In this document: positions 58,773 through 64,000 of the stretch, one piece after another
How positions within the stretch are numbered: position 1 is the stretch's first letter
Layout: each line of letters opens with the position of its first letter
Origin: an uncultured bacterium
GTDB taxonomy: Bacteria > Patescibacteriota > Minisyncoccia > Phycocordibacterales > PALSA-1337
DNA: 64,000 nucleotides
Direction of reading: 5' to 3'
Assembly: GCA_903839725.1 (NCBI GenBank)
Contig: CAIMDG010000001.1
Location: 235,315-299,314, forward strand
Notes under the pieces: generated by a model
What the model was told of the DNA's origin: nothing
Database searches by the model: none
The model's input: only the letters and a program-made list of their open reading frames with translations
Translations under genes and position numbers: made by a program

Positions 58773-61041
58773 AATCTAGGATTTTCTTTTGGTTCACTGC
58801 AGTTGTTGTGACGCTCTTCCACATACGGGAGAGCTTTGAAACAAGACTTTCCAGGAAGCTTTCACTCCTGAGAAGTTTGAAGTATGTTTGCACCATGCAA
58901 TCCATACCAAATGATTGCTCGATATGAGCTCGACCATTCTGCCCGAGCTCACGTGCCAAGTCGCGGTCGATGAGGACTCTAACAATGGCTTCGGCAAGCA
59001 TGTTCGGTGATTCGTTTTCCAGGAGCAGACCAGTTTCACCATGAATGATCTGCTCGCGAGTTCCACCATCATCGTTTGCAATGCACGGTAGTCCTGCTGA
59101 GAGAGCCTCAAGCAGAGCATTCGGGCACCCTTGATGTTTTCCGAGAACAACGAAGACGTCGAATTCGGGAAGCTGTTGTACCGTATCGAATGAAGGGCCA
59201 TGAAAGAAGATCCGGCGTGCCGGCGCTTCCTTCGAGACTTTCTCCACCGATGCGGCATACGTTTCGAATCGCGGTTCTGCCGCGCCGAACACGTGAAGCT
59301 CCACATCAGGTATGCGCTCACGCACGATCTTCATAGCCTCGAGAATTTCGAGGAAAAATTTCGTGGGAGCTATGCGCCCGTTTACCACAACGCGGGGATT
59401 GCCCCGAATCGTATAATCCATTTTCGGCGCCGAATGAACCGGAATGCCGTTGGGGATGACCACTGTCTTGCGCGCGCAGGCTATCGGGCTTTCGCCGTCA
59501 TATTTAAGGACCATATTGTCCAGCCGAGCGTGGAATCTATTCTCGTCAAAGCAAATCATACGCTGGAATTCAGCCACGATCTGCAATTCTTCGAACGAAG
59601 ACCTGCCTGGGCTAACGTCCACAAAACGAACGGACGTGAACTCAAGCGATTTCATCACGAGGAGCTTTACCTTCGGATCAAGGTTCCAGAAGCACACGGT
59701 GCCGATCTGGTCGTTGGATATCTTCTGAACCAGTGCCTCGGCATGGTCGAATGGATCACGAGTTGCCGCCGTCCTCCGCACAATCACTCCGGAACCCGAA
59801 AGTTCCTTGAAGAAATGTGAGGCAGTGGAGTTTCCCGTAACCGCTACTTCGAGCCGTAACTTTTTATTGAGGCGCGTAACCAGATTAACGAGTGAGCGTT
59901 GTGCTCCGCCCGAATTCAGGTTTGCTGTCACAAACAAGACTTTGCCAGTCGTGAGGACCGGCCGTGCCAAGCTTGCGAGCGTCCAGAGACGATACGAAGG
60001 AAAGTTAGACCACGACGGCGCCGGAAACACAGACGACAGGGATCTTGCGATCTCCGTAGCCCACACTTCTGCAGACGCTTTCGGATCCATCAATGTCAAA
60101 CCTTCGTGACCAATCTCACCTTGTCCGCCAACTTTGCTCGCCACTACCGGTAGGCGCTGCATGAGCGCTTCCAAGGTAGCGACACTGAGACCTTCATAGT
60201 GGCTCGTGTTCAGAAACAAATCGAAGACTGAGAGGCATTGCGAGGCGTCGGGAATGAACCCGGGCATCGCCACGCGACTACGCAGTCCGAGCCGGTCAAT
60301 TTCCGCAATGAGTGCTTCCCATGAAGAACGTCCATCGCGACCGATTGGTCCGCCCACAATAACCAGATACGTATCCTTCATTCCCTGTAGTGCGTGAAGC
60401 ACGTTGAGGGCGAACGGATAGTTCTTTTGTGGTTTGACCGCACCGATCATGCCAATGACTGTTGCATCTTGGGGAATATTCCATGCCTTGCGGAACCGCT
60501 CCCGATTGCCAGGAACAGAACGAAGACGAGGAATGTGGCGAATAACCGAAACAGGAAGAACAGATCCGCATGCGCGGAGGTCTGCCTGACAAGCTTCGGA
60601 TACAGTGATCGCATAAGGTGAACTTTCGAGGCGTGAAGCCTCTTCGATCCACCCATCACGAGCATTTTGGAGCACGGGGACGATAGTCGCCCCATGAGCT
60701 GACAATGCATCGCGTTCATCTTTTTTCAGCAGGTGGCAGAGGCAAACAGAGCTACTGCTTGCCGCAAGCTTCTTGCCGAGTGATGTAAGCTTTGCACGAA
60801 TATCTGTTCCATGAAGTCGAGTGACTTCGATGAAGGATGGCACGCGCCATTCCTTTTCTTGATCTCGAAGGACGATGATGTGAACGTTCCAGCCGAGTGG
60901 ATGGATGCGGATAGCCCAATCAAGGACCATCTGCTCAGCACCACCGATCGCCAACGTGGCTATTGCCACAGTAAGCTGACGAGAAGCAGAAACAGCAAGT
61001 AATGGCTGCTCTGCTTGGGTATTTGCAATATGCAGTTTCAT
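58741..61041 (-). CDS. tandem double GT4 (GT-B fold) glycosyltransferase
   Basis: Two group-1 glycosyltransferase C-terminal motifs (...EGLSVATLEALMQRLPVVAS... and ...QGCPNALLEALSAGLPCIAND...). GC-rich. Confidence 0.75.
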   Translation of the reverse strand: MKLHIANTQAEQPLLAVSASRQLTVAIATLAIGGAEQMVLDWAIRIHPLGWNVHIIVLRDQEKEWRVPSFIEVTRLHGTDIRAKLTSLGKKLAASSSSVCLCHLLKKDERDALSAHGATIVPVLQNARDGWIEEASRLESSPYAITVSEACQADLRACGSVLPVSVIRHIPRLRSVPGNRERFRKAWNIPQDATVIGMIGAVKPQKNYPFALNVLHALQGMKDTYLVIVGGPIGRDGRSSWEALIAEIDRLGLRSRVAMPGFIPDASQCLSVFDLFLNTSHYEGLSVATLEALMQRLPVVASKVGGQGEIGHEGLTLMDPKASAEVWATEIARSLSSVFPAPSWSNFPSYRLWTLASLARPVLTTGKVLFVTANLNSGGAQRSLVNLVTRLNKKLRLEVAVTGNSTASHFFKELSGSGVIVRRTAATRDPFDHAEALVQKISNDQIGTVCFWNLDPKVKLLVMKSLEFTSVRFVDVSPGRSSFEELQIVAEFQRMICFDENRFHARLDNMVLKYDGESPIACARKTVVIPNGIPVHSAPKMDYTIRGNPRVVVNGRIAPTKFFLEILEAMKIVRERIPDVELHVFGAAEPRFETYAASVEKVSKEAPARRIFFHGPSFDTVQQLPEFDVFVVLGKHQGCPNALLEALSAGLPCIANDDGGTREQIIHGETGLLLENESPNMLAEAIVRVLIDRDLARELGQNGRAHIEQSFGMDCMVQTYFKLLRSESFLESLVSKLSRMWKSVTTTAVNQKKILDYENPNTTTAQ

Positions 61042-61208
61042 AAATCCTATGGGTTTTTGGGTTTCAAAGAGTCTGCCCGTAATTTGAGCATATTATAGCA
61101 CTAATGTCAACACTTGTACTACCTATAAAAAATGGTGGTTGAGCCACACCATACACATTCTTTTGGATAAAAATTATTCAATAAAAGTGGTACTATACTG
61201 ATACAAAT

Positions 61209-61904
61209 ATGAATATAAAAATCCTCTCATGGAATATATGGTGTGACTGTCATTTCGAGGCTGTTTCGGCCTTTCTCAGGGCATCACAAGCAGATATTAT
61301 CGGACTCCAAGAAGTCTCATTGATCGACCCTGAGCGTGACGTTGTTTCACTACTCAAGAATTTGGGATATGAATGCGTAACTGGACCTGCAGCTGAGTTT
61401 ACTGACAATAATAATCGTCATCATGTACTCAATACTGCCCTATTCAGCAAGTTCCCTATCATAGGATCGAAGATCCACCCTTTGAGAGCTGGCAAGAGAC
61501 CTTCAATCGTAGAAGCTCGTATACAAGTTGGTTCCAAAGAACTCGCCGTCTTTTCAGTACATCTTAAACATACGCACCAACAATTTGATGAGATACAAAA
61601 TGAACAAGTCAAAACTATTATGGGATTATTACCTCCGAAACAAGGCATCATCATGGGAGACTTCAATGCAATTCCAGACAGTACAAGCCTGAAGACTCTC
61701 ACTGAGAACTATGTACATACTGACCCAACATTTTCTCCTACATGGAGTATGTACCCTGAAGGATGCCCTGTTTGTAAACCCAATAAATTAGATACTCGCC
61801 TAGATTATATTTTAGTTAGTCCAGATATTGCGTTCACTTCTCCAGAAGTTGGAGCATCAGATGGTTCAGATCATTTGCCGATTTCTATATCAATCAAAAT
61901 ATAA
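61209..61904 (+). CDS. endonuclease/exonuclease/phosphatase (EEP) family protein
   Basis: LSWNIW ... IIGLQEV and C-terminal SDHLP. Paralog of 53044..53784. Confidence 0.7.
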   Translation: MNIKILSWNIWCDCHFEAVSAFLRASQADIIGLQEVSLIDPERDVVSLLKNLGYECVTGPAAEFTDNNNRHHVLNTALFSKFPIIGSKIHPLRAGKRPSIVEARIQVGSKELAVFSVHLKHTHQQFDEIQNEQVKTIMGLLPPKQGIIMGDFNAIPDSTSLKTLTENYVHTDPTFSPTWSMYPEGCPVCKPNKLDTRLDYILVSPDIAFTSPEVGASDGSDHLPISISIKI

Positions 61905-61922
61905 TTCAATACGCTCTAGTTA

Positions 61923-62987
61923 CTATTCTGTTGCTTTACAAATTAATTGTCTTACACACATTGTAGCGTAACTACCAGTAGGTAAAAGGAAAGTTAACTT
62001 AATCTTCTTCTTGCCTTTATTCATTTCATCATCTGCAATATCCAATACATATACTGCCGTAGTTGTAATAGCGCATCTTGTATTATCTTTTTTTGAAATT
62101 TTTTGATCATTCTCCAATCTATGTCCTGCACATGAGACTATATTTGGTGCTTTGAATATATTCCCATAAGGAATAAAAAGGTCACCTACGTTTTCAAAGT
62201 AATCAATACTACCCTTACAGTTTTCTGCGAGTACTTTTGAGACTTCTCTATTCCATAGGTAACTATCATATGATGACAGGAAGAAATTCACTTTTTTGGG
62301 ATTAATTGTGAGGAAAAAATCTCTAAAATCATCTTGCGTACTTTTCTTTGATGGAATAGTGTTTTCTGACAATCCTTTATTTCCAGAAAGTTTAAATTGT
62401 TTATATGCCTCTTTCCAGTCTTGATCAATTATAGCTTTCCCTATCAAATGGGTATTGTATGGACCCCCAGGCATACCGAATCTCTGAGAATCATAATAAT
62501 TTATAAAACTTACAAATTTATTATTTTTACAAAACTTCAAGACCTGTTCCGCAATTGTCTCATGTACATTTCTAACAACCAAATTAAATGAATTAGCATG
62601 TAGCATTTTTTCAGCTACAGGTGTATCCCCATAACCCATGATACGCTCAATCTTTATATATGAAGAAGGTGTTAAATTTTTTTTGTTAAATAAGGCGACT
62701 TGTGAACTATTCAAAACTTTTTTAAGTGACAAAATTTGCGCAGTAATTCCATCCTCATCTTTCAAGCCTTCTACATTTATATCTTCATTTTTTAATTTAA
62801 AAAAATCTCTAATTATATCTTGAGCATCAAAAGTCGAGAATCCACTCTTTTGAATCCATATATATGTATACTTGCCAGTCTTAGAAAAACGTGGGAGCAG
62901 AGGCACCTCAGTCACTTCAAAATCTTCATTTATAGTCTTTAGTCTATAATCTAGATTTTTTGCATTTTTTGATTTGTGTTGTCTCAT
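61923..62987 (-). CDS. truD: tRNA pseudouridine synthase TruD/Pus7 family
   Basis: NYYDSQRFG matches the TruD NYFGxQRFG catalytic motif. N-terminal EDFEVTEVP. Confidence 0.7.
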   Translation of the reverse strand: MRQHKSKNAKNLDYRLKTINEDFEVTEVPLLPRFSKTGKYTYIWIQKSGFSTFDAQDIIRDFFKLKNEDINVEGLKDEDGITAQILSLKKVLNSSQVALFNKKNLTPSSYIKIERIMGYGDTPVAEKMLHANSFNLVVRNVHETIAEQVLKFCKNNKFVSFINYYDSQRFGMPGGPYNTHLIGKAIIDQDWKEAYKQFKLSGNKGLSENTIPSKKSTQDDFRDFFLTINPKKVNFFLSSYDSYLWNREVSKVLAENCKGSIDYFENVGDLFIPYGNIFKAPNIVSCAGHRLENDQKISKKDNTRCAITTTAVYVLDIADDEMNKGKKKIKLTFLLPTGSYATMCVRQLICKATE

Positions 62988-63158
62988 AAGATTTCTAAAT
63001 GAAATCTAGCAAATGTTATAAATATTACCACACATATTCTAAATGGCAATAGGATACAAGACTATTTACATATAACACTTTTTATGTCCAATTACGCAAA
63101 TTTAAATACGTCTAAATCACACAAAAAATATATATTACTTACGAAGTAAAAGTTCACC

Positions 63159-63773
63159 CTATACTCCGTATTTCTTCTTAAAATCCCCCGCTACATATTC
63201 ATCGAACTCAAACACCCCATTCGCCTCTTTGTTAAGTATCGCTATATATTCAAAAAAACCTTTTTTATCATAAACAGTAAGGTCGAGTGATTCGCATATC
63301 TTTGTCAATTCCTCAGTAATTTTCTGTGCATCTTCGTTACCATGAGCCATCTTCTCAGCTTCAAAATAATAACTATGATTGGGTACTTCTACCAAAGCAA
63401 ACTCTACGTCTTTATATTCATAGACACGACTCTTTCTGTGAGCTAGTACACCTTTTCCAAAACCAAGATGACCAAATATCTCCACAAGAGTATCGAACTC
63501 TCCTGGTTTTCCGAGAACAGAAAGCTCTTTTCTTTGTTCCGATCCACCCCACTCTCCAATTTTAACAATAATTTCAGGTATTCCATTTGTCACACGAAGA
63601 CGTATATCTTTTTTTCTACTCTCAATTCCCCCAGGCAAAAAAGTTGAATAGTCAATCAGAATCCTATCTTTCTTCTCTTTAACTTTCCCATTTTTAGTAA
63701 AAAATGTAATAAGAGATTCGTATTGAGCCTTCGAAAGAGGACCGCGAATTTCAATTTCGATATTTTTTTGCAT
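63159..63773 (-). CDS. CYTH-domain protein (class IV adenylyl cyclase / triphosphatase fold)
   Basis: N-terminal IEIEIRG (ExExK-type) motif. Start set at MQKNIEIEIRG. Confidence 0.55.
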   Translation of the reverse strand: MQKNIEIEIRGPLSKAQYESLITFFTKNGKVKEKKDRILIDYSTFLPGGIESRKKDIRLRVTNGIPEIIVKIGEWGGSEQRKELSVLGKPGEFDTLVEIFGHLGFGKGVLAHRKSRVYEYKDVEFALVEVPNHSYYFEAEKMAHGNEDAQKITEELTKICESLDLTVYDKKGFFEYIAILNKEANGVFEFDEYVAGDFKKKYGV

Positions 63774-63860
63774 GAGAATAGTATAGTACAAATTTATATA
63801 AATAGCATATACAGAAAAAGGGCAAGCCGTAGGCTTGCCCTTTAGTGTATTTCGTCCTAC

Positions 63861-64000
63861 TTCTTGGGACAAAATCCTTTGACGAAAACCTTGCCACCAA
63901 TAATTTTATGAATTGGCCGATTGAATATCTGACCCGCTCGACAGAAAGGTGTTTTGCATTTGGGACAATTTAGATCCTTCTCAGTATGATCAGCAGTTAT
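63861..64000 (-). CDS. partial CDS (C-terminal 47 aa, ...NCPKCKTPFCRAGQIFNRPIHKIIGGKVFVKGFCPKK*), continues beyond the window
   Basis: Open frame to the window edge with a stop at 63858..63860. Cys-rich. Confidence 0.3.

Noticed and set aside
57117-60720. Numerous long ORFs on both strands across the ilvC to GT4 region (for example 57845..58282(-), 58251..58757(+), 59200..59820(+), 60296..60652(-))
   Set aside because: High GC suppresses stop codons. These overlap the well-supported ilvC, LDT-like and GT4 genes and lack domain signatures.
1-64000. CRISPR arrays
   Set aside because: No series of regularly spaced direct repeats was seen. The repeats found are isolated palindromes or inverted pairs.

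Overview
The window is AT-rich (about 37-40 % GC), densely packed and carries many housekeeping genes. It looks like a reduced genome, possibly Patescibacteria/CPR-like; that is inference from gene content only. 

Confident core genes:
- uvrB, a split transketolase, rpe, rpiB, gap, pyrD
- a DEAD-box helicase, pgl, a short-form gnd, lexA, a cysteine desulfurase
- an N-terminally short infB, rbfA, rnhB, dnaE, thrS (preceded by a T-box-like leader), prfA, rpmE, ilvC, truD
- five tRNAs: Cys-GCA, Leu-TAA, Phe-GAA on the minus strand, Arg-CCT, Gln-TTG

Accessory regions:
- A putative ~8-9 kb integrated mobile/defence island lies immediately 3' of tRNA-Gln (about 42.8-51 kb). It carries a convergent restriction endonuclease-like gene plus beta-class DNA methyltransferase, a large serine recombinase, an OLD-family ATPase-TOPRIM nuclease followed by a small 2-TM protein, a terminase-small-subunit-like HTH protein and a ParB-domain/DNA methyltransferase fusion.
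- After the island come a lone FtsK-gamma winged-helix protein, a membrane protein and a trypsin-like serine protease.
- An HNH homing-endonuclease-like gene sits between tRNA-Cys and tRNA-Leu, and its ORF overlaps tRNA-Leu.
- A GC-rich block (about 55 % GC, 56.7-61.1 kb) carries ilvC, an L,D-transpeptidase-like protein with Ser in place of the catalytic Cys, and a tandem GT4 glycosyltransferase.

Most unusual observations:
1. GC-rich palindromic sequences are inserted in frame in essential genes. An identical 18-bp perfect palindrome CCTGCCTGCGCAGGCAGG encodes LPAQAG in both uvrB and rpiB. A ~150-bp nested GC-rich palindrome adds about 55 aa inside dnaE. Both resemble Rickettsia palindromic elements.
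2. Two ~110-bp hairpin modules in mutually inverted orientation have conserved loops and compensatorily diverged stems. They bracket a ~400-bp GC-rich, hairpin-dense non-coding core at 22.5-23.2 kb.
3. A palindromic AATGCGAAT/ATTCGCATT motif family sits immediately upstream of rpe, tkt and prfA.
4. A partial duplicate of the tRNA-Phe 3' end (att-like scar) lies 45 bp from the tRNA.
5. A pseudogene remnant of the gap C-terminus lies between rpiB and gap.
6. A Cheo-type LexA box (GAAC-N4-GTTC) lies upstream of the lexA operon.

No CRISPR array and no rRNA were seen. The nearly 1-kb gene-free, partly GC-rich stretch between uvrB and tkt and the 0.44-kb spacer after the zinc-ribbon gene may hold unidentified ncRNAs.
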